Positions 19,078-29,349 are shown, counted from the first letter of the stretch. The stretch: 64,000 bases of DNA from Nitrospinaceae bacterium (GCA_046754465.1 JBHHVU010000003.1:46700-110699), one strand, 5' to 3'. Numbers and translations are program-made. The notes: generated from the letters alone by a model not told the origin.

Positions 19078-21261
19078 ATGCGGAACCAATCGATCTGGTG
19101 GACCCTGGTACTCCTGTCGGGATTGAATGAATCCGCCGTTGGAGCGGAAAATCTCACCGCCCGGGAACCCATCCATCACCAGTTGTCGGTGGAACTCGAC
19201 CCGGCACGGTCGACCGCCCACATCCGTGACGAATTGACGCTGCACCCGGGAGGGGATGAAAGTCCGGTCCTTTTCCTTGTGCTGAACGGCGGATTCCACC
19301 TGGAAAAAATCGAAATCGTCGAGCCGGAGAACCGGACCGATTTGAATATCTCCCGATCACGGCGGGAAAATCGGGACCCAGCGTTAACCGAGATCGAGAT
19401 CCGTAAATCCTCAACGCGGCCCTGGCCCAATCCTCTGAAAATGGTTTGGGAATACAGGGGACCGCTCCCTCATCCCGAACCGCCCTCCCCCCCCGATTCC
19501 CCAACCCCCGGGATCCAGCTTTCCGGCGCCGATTATTTCTACCCGCAAACCTTGATCGAGCCCTCCGAGCCCGGCCTGCTGACCTTTCGGATGATCGTCG
19601 GCCTTCCTCCGGGATGGAAGGCGGTGAGCCAGGGCCGGCGAATGGAGGAACCCGGGGAGGGTCAGCCGGTGACCTGGGAATCGATTCACCCCATGGAGGA
19701 AATTTTCCTGATCGCCGACCGGTTCGAGGAATTCAGGGAACGGGATGGAGATATTCTTTTATACGCTTTTCTTTTGAAGAAGGATCCCCGTTTGGCGAAA
19801 CGCTATCTGGACGGGGCGAGGAAGTATCTGGCGTTCTTTGAAAAACTGCTGGGCGCCTACCCTTATTACAAATTCGCGCTGGTGGAAAACTCCCGTCAAA
19901 CGGGATACGGGATGCCTTCGTTCACCCTGCTCGGCTCGACCATCATACGGTTCCCGTTCATCCTGAATACGTCTTACCCGCACGAAATTCTACACAACTG
20001 GTGGGGTAACGGCGTCTACATTGATCCCCGGAGCGGCAATTGGTCCGAGGGGCTCACCGCCTACCTCGCCGACCATCTCCTTCAGGAGTTGGACGGTCAT
20101 GGCGCGCAATACCGCTTCCGGGAACTGATGAAATACCTGAACTATGTAAACGAATCCAACGACTTTCCCTTAACCGAGTTCAAGTCGCGAACCACCGTGG
20201 CCTCGCAGGCCATCGGGTACGGCAAGATGCTTTTCCTCCTCCATATGGTAAAAACACGGGTGGGCAACGCAGCTTTTCTGCAAGCCGTCCGGAATTTTTA
20301 CGCGAAGCACCGGTTCGGGTTCGCGGGACTGGATGATCTCGCGGCCTCTTTCAGCTCGGCTTCCGGAAAGGACCTGCAAGGTTTTTTCAAGCCATGGATC
20401 CATCGGACGGGGGCTCCGGTTCTCGAACTGGGAGAGGCCTCCACCGTTTCTCGGGGCGGCCGGTTTCTCCTGCGGATCCTGATTCGGCAAGGGCAGTCCG
20501 GTCCCCCTTTCCCCGTCCCTCTTCCCGTGGCGGTTTGGCTGAAGGGGTCCCTCTCCCCTCGAATCGAAATCCTGAACCTGGAGAAAAAACTCCAAACCTT
20601 TACCTTGGACCTGCCCCGGGAACCCGGGAAAATCCTCATCGATCCCTACACGGACGTTTTTCGTAAACTAGACAGAAAAGAGGTTCCTCCCAGCATCGGA
20701 CAGACTTACGGATCGGTGAATCCGTCACGGATTTTGCCTTCGGTGGAAGAATTTCCCGACGTCCTCCTGGGGTATTACCAGTTCGCGCAGTCCCTGGTGG
20801 AAAACGCCCCGGTTTCCCGCCCGATCATCAAGGACAGCAAGTTCAGTCCGGTGCCCAAAGGGAGCCTTTGGGTATTTGGCAGGCAGAATGAATTCGCCAG
20901 ACACCTACAACCTCAACTCAAAAATTATGGGGTGCGGATGGAGGCGAAGGGAGTCATCGTGGAAGGCAAAAGCTTTTCATGGGAGGGACACTCTTTTGTA
21001 TTCACCCTGCGGCGTCCGGGCAATCGCGAAGGTTCCGCCACCTGGGTGATCGCCGGGTCCGGGGAATCCATTCCCGGATTGATTCGCAAACTCCCGCACT
21101 ACGGCAACTACGGATTCCTGGTATTCAAGGGAGATGCCCCGGAAAACGTTCTCAAGGGGACCTGGCCGTCCCAGGCCATGGGACGGATGAAAACGTTTTA
21201 TCCGGGCAAATACACCCTTCCCCCTCCCCCGCCACTGGTGGATTTCAAGCCCGGCCCATAA
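19078..21261 (+). CDS. Exported M1-family (gluzincin) aminopeptidase
   Basis: YPYYKF, GYGMP and HEILHNWWGN...WSEGLTAY zinc motif; start ATG 19078. Confidence 0.85.
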   Translation: MRNQSIWWTLVLLSGLNESAVGAENLTAREPIHHQLSVELDPARSTAHIRDELTLHPGGDESPVLFLVLNGGFHLEKIEIVEPENRTDLNISRSRRENRDPALTEIEIRKSSTRPWPNPLKMVWEYRGPLPHPEPPSPPDSPTPGIQLSGADYFYPQTLIEPSEPGLLTFRMIVGLPPGWKAVSQGRRMEEPGEGQPVTWESIHPMEEIFLIADRFEEFRERDGDILLYAFLLKKDPRLAKRYLDGARKYLAFFEKLLGAYPYYKFALVENSRQTGYGMPSFTLLGSTIIRFPFILNTSYPHEILHNWWGNGVYIDPRSGNWSEGLTAYLADHLLQELDGHGAQYRFRELMKYLNYVNESNDFPLTEFKSRTTVASQAIGYGKMLFLLHMVKTRVGNAAFLQAVRNFYAKHRFGFAGLDDLAASFSSASGKDLQGFFKPWIHRTGAPVLELGEASTVSRGGRFLLRILIRQGQSGPPFPVPLPVAVWLKGSLSPRIEILNLEKKLQTFTLDLPREPGKILIDPYTDVFRKLDRKEVPPSIGQTYGSVNPSRILPSVEEFPDVLLGYYQFAQSLVENAPVSRPIIKDSKFSPVPKGSLWVFGRQNEFARHLQPQLKNYGVRMEAKGVIVEGKSFSWEGHSFVFTLRRPGNREGSATWVIAGSGESIPGLIRKLPHYGNYGFLVFKGDAPENVLKGTWPSQAMGRMKTFYPGKYTLPPPPPLVDFKPGP

Positions 21262-21329
21262 ATCTTCACGTTTGGGGTCCGTACACCGGCTTTGAACACT
21301 CCTGAACCGTCCCGCTGCGGGCTCCGGAT

Positions 21330-21854
21330 TCAAGAGGAAATGTCGGCGATCCTGATTTTAAAAGTCAACGCCTTTCCGGCGAGAGGATGATTTAGATCGA
21401 GAATCACGTATTGAGGCGTCACCTCAGTAATAATGGCCCGGCGATGGCCCCCCTTGGGGTTGGCCACCATGAGCATCATTCCCACCTTAGGGTCTGGCTC
21501 GGGCGGAAGTTCCTTTCTCGCCACTTTTTGCATCAGTTGCGGATTGCGTTCGCCATAGGCCTCCTTGGGTTGCAGAGTGAATTCCTTTTCCTCTCCTTTT
21601 TTCATCCCCATTACGGCGTCATCAAAACCTTTGATCACCCGGCCCGCCCCCACTTCGAAAATCAGCGGAGTTTTGTGTCTGTCCGAACTGTCGAACACTG
21701 TTCCGTCCTTAAACTTCCCTGTATACTCAACCGTCACCTTATCTCCTTTCTTCACCGCCGAACCGGTATCCGCCCCAACCGGAGATATGTAAAAAGTCAA
21801 AACGGTCACAAGCAAGGCAACCACAAACCCAAAAAGAGCTTTAAAACTCCTCAT
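21330..21854 (-). CDS. FKBP-type peptidyl-prolyl isomerase with IF domain (SlyD/SlpA-like) and a signal peptide
   Basis: YTGKFKDGTVFDSS, VIKGFD, EAYG and DLNHPLAGK motifs; start ATG 21854 gives a signal peptide. Confidence 0.88.
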   Translation of the reverse strand: MRSFKALFGFVVALLVTVLTFYISPVGADTGSAVKKGDKVTVEYTGKFKDGTVFDSSDRHKTPLIFEVGAGRVIKGFDDAVMGMKKGEEKEFTLQPKEAYGERNPQLMQKVARKELPPEPDPKVGMMLMVANPKGGHRRAIITEVTPQYVILDLNHPLAGKALTFKIRIADISS

Positions 21855-22136
21855 TTTTTCCCCCTTTCGTTTAGGGAATTTCATTTTTTTTGGACACGGT
21901 ATCATGTCAGGAAATTTTGTAAATGCCAAAACGTGTAGAACCATTTAATCAGTTAAATAGGGATTGGGAAAAATCTTTTGCGGCCATTCCCGGGTCACTC
22001 CGCCCTTCCTGTTGCCCGCCCGGCGGCCGGGATTCTTGAAATCGATGGACTTCATGGAAAAATTTCGTGTAAACTTTATTTCAGAAAGACGACATGGCGG
22101 TATCCAACAATATCACCTCTTTTTTCGAGGCGTCCC

Positions 22137-22634
22137 ATGAAAACCGGAAAAACTGAACTTTTCATGACCTATTCGATCAGGATGTTGGTATTTCTGGCGG
22201 TATTCACAATGTCCCCGTGGGCCGGGGCTTCCGAAAGGGCCGAACTCGATTTATGGAAACACGATCCTTTTATGTACGGAATGTGCGGCCACTGTGGAGA
22301 TTTCATCACCTTCCATGAAAACAAAAACAGGGCCGAGTTCACTGAGTTTTCCCTTTACGACCAGACGGGTTATTATTCCGTTGTTTTGAAAGGACCGGCC
22401 GGTACGGTGGTGACCCTTTACGGGGCCATGAATTTCAAAAAAGAAAAAGGATACCTGATTCTTGTCAAGAAGGATGACGCCCTCGTCCAGATTGAGGATC
22501 TGGAAGCATTTCCACAGGATCGCTGGGTGGATTTTTCTTCCGGCAAGGAGGGGAAAGGCGGTTATTCGGCGTTTTTCAAACCCTATCCCAATTTCAAAAA
22601 TAACATCGCCTCCATCCAATGGGAGAAAAAATAA
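22137..22634 (+). CDS. Exported hypothetical protein, paralog of 25876..26397 (beta/gamma-crystallin-like motifs)
   Basis: Signal-like segment; shares GPxGTVVTLxG, KExGYL, LExFP..W and PNF..NxxSIxW with its paralog; start could also be 22164. Confidence 0.75.
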   Translation: MKTGKTELFMTYSIRMLVFLAVFTMSPWAGASERAELDLWKHDPFMYGMCGHCGDFITFHENKNRAEFTEFSLYDQTGYYSVVLKGPAGTVVTLYGAMNFKKEKGYLILVKKDDALVQIEDLEAFPQDRWVDFSSGKEGKGGYSAFFKPYPNFKNNIASIQWEKK

Positions 22635-23067
22635 TTTCCCGCCGTTATTCGCGGGACGAACTCTACCGACGGGGATGGGGCGACGGGTTAAAAATCTGCA
22701 ACCGTTATACCGGCGGTGCCAATCAGGGTACCGCCCGTTATGACTCCTCCCCGTATTATTTCATTCCTTGATTTATTTCCCTTCGGCCATTATTACGGGT
22801 ACGGCCACCATCACTGACACCAAAGGTCCCCGCCAAGACCCGTTTTCCCACCGGGGTCCTTTTTCATCCCGAATCATTAAAATTAATTAATGTCCGGTTA
22901 ACACCCTTTTAATTTCCAAATAATAAAATAGCTCAACATCTGCATCATCTTTTGGGAGGAAAGGACTTTCAACTCCGTGGGTCTTTTCTCTCCTCCGGTT
23001 TCAGGGAAATGGGGGGAAATCCGGGGGCCTGAAACTCTTAATCTCATATTTTTGTCAAGGACAGGTT

Positions 23068-23250
23068 ATGCAAGGACAGGTAAAAAATGATATGCGCGTC
23101 TACGAGGTTAGGGTTTTTGACCGGACGGGAAAATTGAAGAAAGTGATTTCCCAAAAAGCCCTGGTCAAGAGAGCGGATGAGCTTTTCAAATCCCGGATTT
23201 CCCCGCTACGAAACTACCGGGGCCGGCCCCGGTCCCAGGCGGGACACTAG
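23068..23250 (+). CDS. Small basic hypothetical protein
   Basis: AAGGA RBS, protein-like YEVRVFDRTGKLKKVIS segment, occupies an otherwise empty gap. Confidence 0.55.
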   Translation: MQGQVKNDMRVYEVRVFDRTGKLKKVISQKALVKRADELFKSRISPLRNYRGRPRSQAGH

Positions 23251-23294
23251 CGGTAACACCGGCCGGCCGGGGGTGGCATCGGAGGTCCATTTCA

Positions 23295-24995
23295 TCAACG
23301 CAGCCGGTTCAGGACGGCCAGGGTTTCCTGAATGCGGGGCAGGGCGAGAAGGCCATGGTTGCTCGGAGTGGCTGCCTCGAAGCCCTCCTTTTTTATATCC
23401 GCGAAGATGCGTTCCAATCCTTCCCGGTTGGAGGATGTGCCCGTTTCCAGCAGGGTTTTCAGCCGTCTCAGAATCCAGCCGCACATCTCCAATTGTCCCT
23501 CTTCCACCAGCTGTTCCAGGTAGCGCGTATCGACTTCATGGGTCCCCATCGTCAGGGCCAGCAATCGTTGCGTTTGAATCACGCAGTCCTTTTTCCCCCG
23601 GGAAAATTGCAACCGGTTGGGGTCCGTCCGCCGGTGCGTTACCGGAGGAAAGGGGAAGCGGATTTCCCGGCGTCTTTTCACGGGGCTGTCATGAGCGATT
23701 TTTCTGGCGTGCGACGTAACGAGCCGCGGCCGGAACTCTTCCATGGCGATCACGTGGTGGGCGGCATCGAAGTAATCCCCGCTTCCTCCCATCACGAGAA
23801 GGGTGCTCACCCTCAGGGTTTCGTAAATTTCCCCCACCCGGTCAAGGAGCGGAGTGATCGGCTCCAGGGAGGAGGGAATCAACGCCTGCATGCGGGCGTC
23901 GCGGATCATGAAGTTGGTGGCACAAGTATCCTCATCCATCAAAAGAAATTCCGACCCAGACTCGATGGCCTCGAGAATGTTCACCGCCTGGGAGGTGGAC
24001 CCGCTGGCAGATTGAGTGGAGAAGTTTTCCGTCGAATCGACGAGGGGAAGACGGTCCATGAACCCGGAAACATTCACTCCGTGGACGGGCCGCCCGTCTT
24101 CGGCGCGGATCTTGACCGCCGAGGGAACGGTGGCGATCCTTTCGCGTCCGTCGCCCGCCACGTGCGGGTAAACCGCCCCCTGGATGGCCCGGAGCAACGT
24201 ACTCTTGCCGTGGAATCCACCGCCAACGATGAGGGTGATTCCGCGGGGAACCGGCATGCCCTCGATCCATCCTCCATGGGGCAGCCGGACACGGGCGGAC
24301 AGATCCTCCGGAGCCGAAAAGACGATCCCTCCTTTTTCCAGCGGACAATCACTCACCCCCGACCGGCGGGGCAACAGGGATCCATTGGCCACGAACGCGG
24401 CCCAGCCGTGGTTCTTCAGTTCTTCCTTAAGGGCTTCATAATCCTCCAGGGTGTCCAACGACCGCTGGAGGCTGGATAAATCCAGCGAGGCGGCGAGCAG
24501 GGACCGGACCCAAAGAGGCGCCAGACCCTCGGCGAACAGGCGCAGGCACTCTTTGCCGAGAACCGTCCGGCCTTCGGCGGGCAGTCCGGCAAACAGGATA
24601 CAGGTCAGAGTATTTCCCTGGACCCGAACCGCGTCGCGTTTGAGGACCTTCTGGCCCGGAGCCTGAATCCGGACCACGCCGCTTTTTCCCGATCCGCGAA
24701 TTTTCACCCCGATCCGCCCGATGCCGTCATGAAGAATTCTGAGCAGGTGATCTTCAAACGCGAGCCGCCTCAACTCGGTATCGAAACAGGAAGGGGCAAA
24801 CCCGGCGTCGGACAGGCTCACCTTTACGGAAATCCGGGACGGGAAGGCGAACGGGTCTCCCTGCACATGCTCGAATTTCACCGTAAACGGACCGAACGCG
24901 AACGATTTCCCCTGCAGGGTTTTGTAGGCCTTGTACCCTTTGCGATCGATTGCCGCCAGGATCTTCTGGAATGAAGCGGGAACTTCAATCTTCAT
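23295..24995 (-). CDS. ABC-class ATPase domain protein (PF09818 / MRB1590-like family)
   Basis: HVQGDPFAFPS, FVANGSLLPRRSG, GGGFHGKST, KIRAEDGR, ASGSTSQA and DEDTCATNFMIRD motifs. Confidence 0.9.
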   Translation of the reverse strand: MKIEVPASFQKILAAIDRKGYKAYKTLQGKSFAFGPFTVKFEHVQGDPFAFPSRISVKVSLSDAGFAPSCFDTELRRLAFEDHLLRILHDGIGRIGVKIRGSGKSGVVRIQAPGQKVLKRDAVRVQGNTLTCILFAGLPAEGRTVLGKECLRLFAEGLAPLWVRSLLAASLDLSSLQRSLDTLEDYEALKEELKNHGWAAFVANGSLLPRRSGVSDCPLEKGGIVFSAPEDLSARVRLPHGGWIEGMPVPRGITLIVGGGFHGKSTLLRAIQGAVYPHVAGDGRERIATVPSAVKIRAEDGRPVHGVNVSGFMDRLPLVDSTENFSTQSASGSTSQAVNILEAIESGSEFLLMDEDTCATNFMIRDARMQALIPSSLEPITPLLDRVGEIYETLRVSTLLVMGGSGDYFDAAHHVIAMEEFRPRLVTSHARKIAHDSPVKRRREIRFPFPPVTHRRTDPNRLQFSRGKKDCVIQTQRLLALTMGTHEVDTRYLEQLVEEGQLEMCGWILRRLKTLLETGTSSNREGLERIFADIKKEGFEAATPSNHGLLALPRIQETLAVLNRLR

Positions 24996-25879
24996 TGGGA
25001 CCGTCCGTTGAAACGGCCGGCAAACCCGGCGGCCGAGATGCCGACGGGAAGATACTTTCCGGCAATCTTCGCGATGGTGTCGCGGTAGGACAGATGCACG
25101 GATGCGGAATCCACCCGGGCCATGGCTTCCGGCAGCCGGGTGTTCCGGGTTCTCGACCCGTCGGGGGTTCCATCGCCCAGTATAAAATGGTCGATCACCA
25201 CCGCCATAATTCCCTCACGGGCCAAACGGGCGAAAAAGGCGTGCGGGTCGCGAAGGGGGTAAAGCGGTGACAGGCAGGCCACAGTGGGGATCCCCCGGCC
25301 GGCCAACGCGCCGAGCGCAGCCACCCGGTCTTCCAGGGAACTGGGCGGAGGGGGCAGACCCGGTAGACGATCCCGGTCCCCCTCAATAGTGACATGCACC
25401 CGCAGGCCGCATTTTTTTGACAAAGAGCAGATCTCTTCGATGTCGTCAAGCAGGGCGGGGCTATGCGTCTGCAGGATCAGGCGGTCGGGAGGAGCCTCCT
25501 GCATGGCCCGGAGCACCTGGCGGGTGATCCTGTATTTCCGCTCGAGGGGCTGCCAGGGATCGGTCGAACTGGAAAAAAATACGGCAAAGGGCCTGGAGCG
25601 GCCATGGGCCCACCGCTTTTCCTTTTCCACGGTCCGGGAATAGACATCCGCGGCGTTTACCTTGACGTCCACGAAGCGTCCCCAATCGCGACCCCGGGTG
25701 AGCCAGGCATTGAAACGAACGTAACATCCCTCACCGCAGGAAGACCGGCCGAACCCGCACCCGACATAGGGATTCAGCGAATGGGAACAGACCTCCTTGA
25801 GATATCCCGAAACCCGGGTGAGTATGGATTTGCAATGGAAGGAACGAACCTCCATGGATGTTTGAAGGCCCGGGTTCAT
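24992..25879 (-). CDS. Spore-photoproduct-lyase-like radical SAM protein
   Basis: SLNPYVGC, WGRFVDVKVNA and FSSSTDPWQPLE.KYRITR motifs; start ATG 25879 overlaps the upstream stop (ATGA). Confidence 0.82.
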   Translation of the reverse strand: MNPGLQTSMEVRSFHCKSILTRVSGYLKEVCSHSLNPYVGCGFGRSSCGEGCYVRFNAWLTRGRDWGRFVDVKVNAADVYSRTVEKEKRWAHGRSRPFAVFFSSSTDPWQPLERKYRITRQVLRAMQEAPPDRLILQTHSPALLDDIEEICSLSKKCGLRVHVTIEGDRDRLPGLPPPPSSLEDRVAALGALAGRGIPTVACLSPLYPLRDPHAFFARLAREGIMAVVIDHFILGDGTPDGSRTRNTRLPEAMARVDSASVHLSYRDTIAKIAGKYLPVGISAAGFAGRFNGRSQ

Positions 25880-26397
25880 CGCACCGGGCTTCCAACGTCC
25901 CGGGGGGTTACGCCCGTCCACCACTTACCCCACTTGATGGAGGAAACGTTTCTTCTGAAATTGGGCGCCGCCTGATAATACACCTCATACGCACCGGAAT
26001 CTCTTTCCGCCTGGGTGGTGACCCATTGTCCGGGGGGAAAATCCTCCAGTTGTAATATCCAAACCTTCTCATGGTCTTTCTTCCGAATAACGAGATATCC
26101 TCTTTCCTTTCCAAAAAAGAAACTTCCGAACAGGGTGACGACCGTGCCCGGCGGACCGTCCAGGGTGAGGGTATACATCCCCTCACAAAAGTAATAGGGG
26201 AAATATCTCATATCCCTGACATCCTTACCTGCATCAACATAGAATAACTGCTCGCAGTCGTGATGAAGTTCGCCGTCAATGGCTGGGCCTCCATCGAACA
26301 ATTGCTCCTTCGACAGCATGAGTTCCTGTTTGGCCAGAACGGGACTGGATGCGAATAAAACGGCCGCCGTGATTCCAAATAAGATTTTAATTTTCAT
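25876..26397 (-). CDS. Exported hypothetical protein, paralog of 22137..22634
   Basis: GGAGGG RBS, signal peptide MKIKILFGITAAVLFASSPVLA, motifs shared with its paralog. Confidence 0.78.
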   Translation of the reverse strand: MKIKILFGITAAVLFASSPVLAKQELMLSKEQLFDGGPAIDGELHHDCEQLFYVDAGKDVRDMRYFPYYFCEGMYTLTLDGPPGTVVTLFGSFFFGKERGYLVIRKKDHEKVWILQLEDFPPGQWVTTQAERDSGAYEVYYQAAPNFRRNVSSIKWGKWWTGVTPRDVGSPVR

Positions 26398-26538
26398 GAC
26401 ACCCTCCCAAGGGTCGCGGCCCGGCCGGGCCGATATGAGCAATGAGTTTGCTTCCTCCCCCCTCCTTCCTCAATCATTGGCCGCGGAAAAAAACTAATTG
26501 GAAATTGTCTTTTTTTTTCAATTATAATAAACCCAACA

Positions 26539-28692
26539 ATGCTCCCAAAGAACAACTTTTCCACTCAGGATATGTCCTCCCCTTCCCACGCTGAAAAAGA
26601 GCCCTCTGCGGCGGAACGCAAACAAGACCCCACCCCCGCGGGCGGCTCCTCTCCAATGACATCCGCACCGGACGCCGCGAAGGGTGTACGATCCCGTACT
26701 GGCTCTGCCTTTAAATCGGTTTCACGGTTCGTCTGGATGGCGGTCTTGGTGGCGGGGTTGATATTTGGGCTGGACAGGATTCTTCCCCTGGGAGTAGCCG
26801 ACGGGGTGCTTTACGTCGCGCTCGTCCTCATCGGCCTGCGTTCCCGAAGCCAGAAATTGATCGTCTGGGGCGCCCTGGCTGGTTCGGTCTTAACGGTGAT
26901 CGGATTTTATCTTTCGCCCTCGGAAGGAGAGATTTGGAAGGCAGTCGCCAACCGGGCTCTGGGCGTCTTCACGATATGGATGACCGCCTTCCTCTGCCTG
27001 TGGCAAATCCGTGTGGGGAGTAAGCTTCAAAAGGCGCACGACGAACTGAAAAAACGCGCAAAGAACAGCATCGTACAATTGGACCAAACCAGCGAGCTTT
27101 TGCGGAAGGAAAGCGAGTTCGTCCAATTGCATAAGGATATCGCCGTCGCATCCAACGAAACCCGGGCTCTGGAAGACATCATGGAGTACTGCCTCAAGCG
27201 CATCTGCGCTCACGCCGGTTGGCCGGTGGGTCATTTGTATCTGATTTCCGACCTTTCCTCGAAACGCCTGGTTCCGACGCGCATATGGTACCTGGAAGAC
27301 GCGGACCGGTTTGAAACCTTTCGCCGGATCACCGAGGCGACCCCCTTCAATCCCGGTATCGGACTTCCCGGCCGGGTCTTTTCCAGCGGGAAACCCAACT
27401 GGATCATCGACGTCACCAAGGACCCCAACTTCCCCCGCGCCAAACTCGCGGAAAATATCGGAGTCAAGGCCGGCTTCGCTTTTCCGATTCTGGTGGGCGA
27501 GGAGATTGTTGGGGTGATGGAATTTTTCTCATCCCAACCCGTGGAGCCGGATGGGAAAATGCTCGCGATCATGGCCCAAATAGGCACCCAAATGGGAAGG
27601 GTGATCGAACGCAAACAGTCGGAGGATGATCAGGAAAAACTGCTGCACTCGCTCAGGAAACGGGTGAAGGAGTTGACCTCCATGTACGGGGTGGCCAACC
27701 TGGTCGGCACGTCCAAAACCATGAGGGAGGTCTTTCAAAAGGTGGAATCCCTCATTATTCCCGGCATGCAATATCCCGCCATCACCCGGGTGAAGGTCAC
27801 CTTCGGAGGGGAGACCTTCTGTCCGCAGCCCTTCGAGGAAACTCCCTGGAAACTGTCAGGAGACATTTCGCTCAAGGAAGGGAGTCAGGGCCGCATCGAA
27901 GTGTATTACACCCAACCCACTCCCACGGCCGATGGCAAGGGTCCCTTCCTGAAAGAAGAACAATATATGATCGACGGCCTGGCCCGTTTCTTGAGCGTGG
28001 CGGCGGAGCGCAAGGAGGCGGAAAAAGAGATCGAACGGTCCCGCGAACAGTTGCGCAATCTTTACCGCCGCCTCGAACTGGTCCGCGAGGAGGAACGGAC
28101 GCGGATAGCCCGGGAAATTCACGATGAGCTGGCGCAGGTCCTGACCACCTTGAAGTTGGAACTCTCTTTACTGGATAAAAAACTTTTAAAAATAGATTCT
28201 CCCTTGCAACCTTCCACCCAAATGATGCTGGGGTTGATCAACGACACGATCCAGGTCGGGAAAAATATCGTCCTGGATCTGCGGCCGCCGGTATTGGACG
28301 ATTTGGGGTTGCCGGAAGCGATCGAATGGGAGGCCCAGCTATTCGAACAACGCACCGGCATCGAGTGCGATTTGGAAATGGACAAATACAACTTCTCCCT
28401 GGATAAAGAAAGGTCGACCACCATCTTTCGAATTTTCCAGGAAACCCTGACCAATGTCACGCGCCACGCCAAAGCCGAGAAAATTTATGTTAAGCTAAAA
28501 GATCAAGCGGATGTTATTACCCTCCAGGTCAAGGATAACGGAATCGGTATCACCCCCTCACAGATTTCCAATATCCGGTCCCTGGGACTTTTGGGGATGC
28601 GGGAACGCGCCCTGGTCTGGGAAGGGGAGGTGGATATCCAGGGCATCCCCAACCAGGGGACCACGGTAACCATTAAAATTCATCGGGATTGA
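26539..28692 (+). CDS. Membrane sensor histidine kinase (TM-GAF-GAF-like-HisKA_3-HATPase)
   Basis: RIAREIHDELAQ H-box, FQETLTNVTRHA, DNGIG and GLLGMRER; GAF motif GLPGRV; start uncertain. Confidence 0.92.
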   Translation: MLPKNNFSTQDMSSPSHAEKEPSAAERKQDPTPAGGSSPMTSAPDAAKGVRSRTGSAFKSVSRFVWMAVLVAGLIFGLDRILPLGVADGVLYVALVLIGLRSRSQKLIVWGALAGSVLTVIGFYLSPSEGEIWKAVANRALGVFTIWMTAFLCLWQIRVGSKLQKAHDELKKRAKNSIVQLDQTSELLRKESEFVQLHKDIAVASNETRALEDIMEYCLKRICAHAGWPVGHLYLISDLSSKRLVPTRIWYLEDADRFETFRRITEATPFNPGIGLPGRVFSSGKPNWIIDVTKDPNFPRAKLAENIGVKAGFAFPILVGEEIVGVMEFFSSQPVEPDGKMLAIMAQIGTQMGRVIERKQSEDDQEKLLHSLRKRVKELTSMYGVANLVGTSKTMREVFQKVESLIIPGMQYPAITRVKVTFGGETFCPQPFEETPWKLSGDISLKEGSQGRIEVYYTQPTPTADGKGPFLKEEQYMIDGLARFLSVAAERKEAEKEIERSREQLRNLYRRLELVREEERTRIAREIHDELAQVLTTLKLELSLLDKKLLKIDSPLQPSTQMMLGLINDTIQVGKNIVLDLRPPVLDDLGLPEAIEWEAQLFEQRTGIECDLEMDKYNFSLDKERSTTIFRIFQETLTNVTRHAKAEKIYVKLKDQADVITLQVKDNGIGITPSQISNIRSLGLLGMRERALVWEGEVDIQGIPNQGTTVTIKIHRD

Positions 28693-28695
28693 ACC

Positions 28696-29349
28696 ATGAT
28701 AAGACCAGAACAGAATGAGGAAAAAATCAAGGTGTTGATCGCGGACGACCACCCGGTTTTCCGGCAGGGCTTGAAACATACATTTTCGGAAACAGAGGAT
28801 ATTCTGGCCACCGATGAAGTGGAAAACGGCGATGATCTGCTCATTAAAGCGCGGCAGGGAACTTATAATCTGGTTTTACTCGATATCTCCATGCCCGGCA
28901 AAAATATTCTTGATATCCTGAAACAGTTGAAGACGGAAAACCCCAAACTGCCTATTCTGGTGTTGAGCGTTTACCCGGAAGACCAGTACGCCGTCCGGTT
29001 CATCAAGGCGGGCGCATCGGGGTACCTGACCAAGGAGAGCGCTCCCGAACAGTTAGTGGAAGCCGTTCGCAAGGTGGCCAACGGGGGTAAATTCGCCAGT
29101 GCCCGGATTACCGAGAAACTGGCCTTCGATTTCGCCAACCTGGACAAACCTCCGCACGAAAATTTATCCGACCGGGAATACCAAGTATTCTCCATGATCG
29201 CCGCCGGCCAATCCTTGACGGAAATCGGCAAAAAACTTTCCCTTAGCGTCAAAACCATCAGCACCCACCGGACACGCATCCTGGAAAAAATGAAAATGAA
29301 AAAGAACGCGGAATTGATCCATTACGCTATCACTCACAACCTGTTGTGA
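28696..29349 (+). CDS. NarL/LuxR-family response regulator (UvrY/GacA-like)
   Basis: IADDHPVFR, LLDISMP, GYLTK and HTH LSDREYQV..LSVKTISTHR. Confidence 0.93.
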   Translation: MIRPEQNEEKIKVLIADDHPVFRQGLKHTFSETEDILATDEVENGDDLLIKARQGTYNLVLLDISMPGKNILDILKQLKTENPKLPILVLSVYPEDQYAVRFIKAGASGYLTKESAPEQLVEAVRKVANGGKFASARITEKLAFDFANLDKPPHENLSDREYQVFSMIAAGQSLTEIGKKLSLSVKTISTHRTRILEKMKMKKNAELIHYAITHNLL

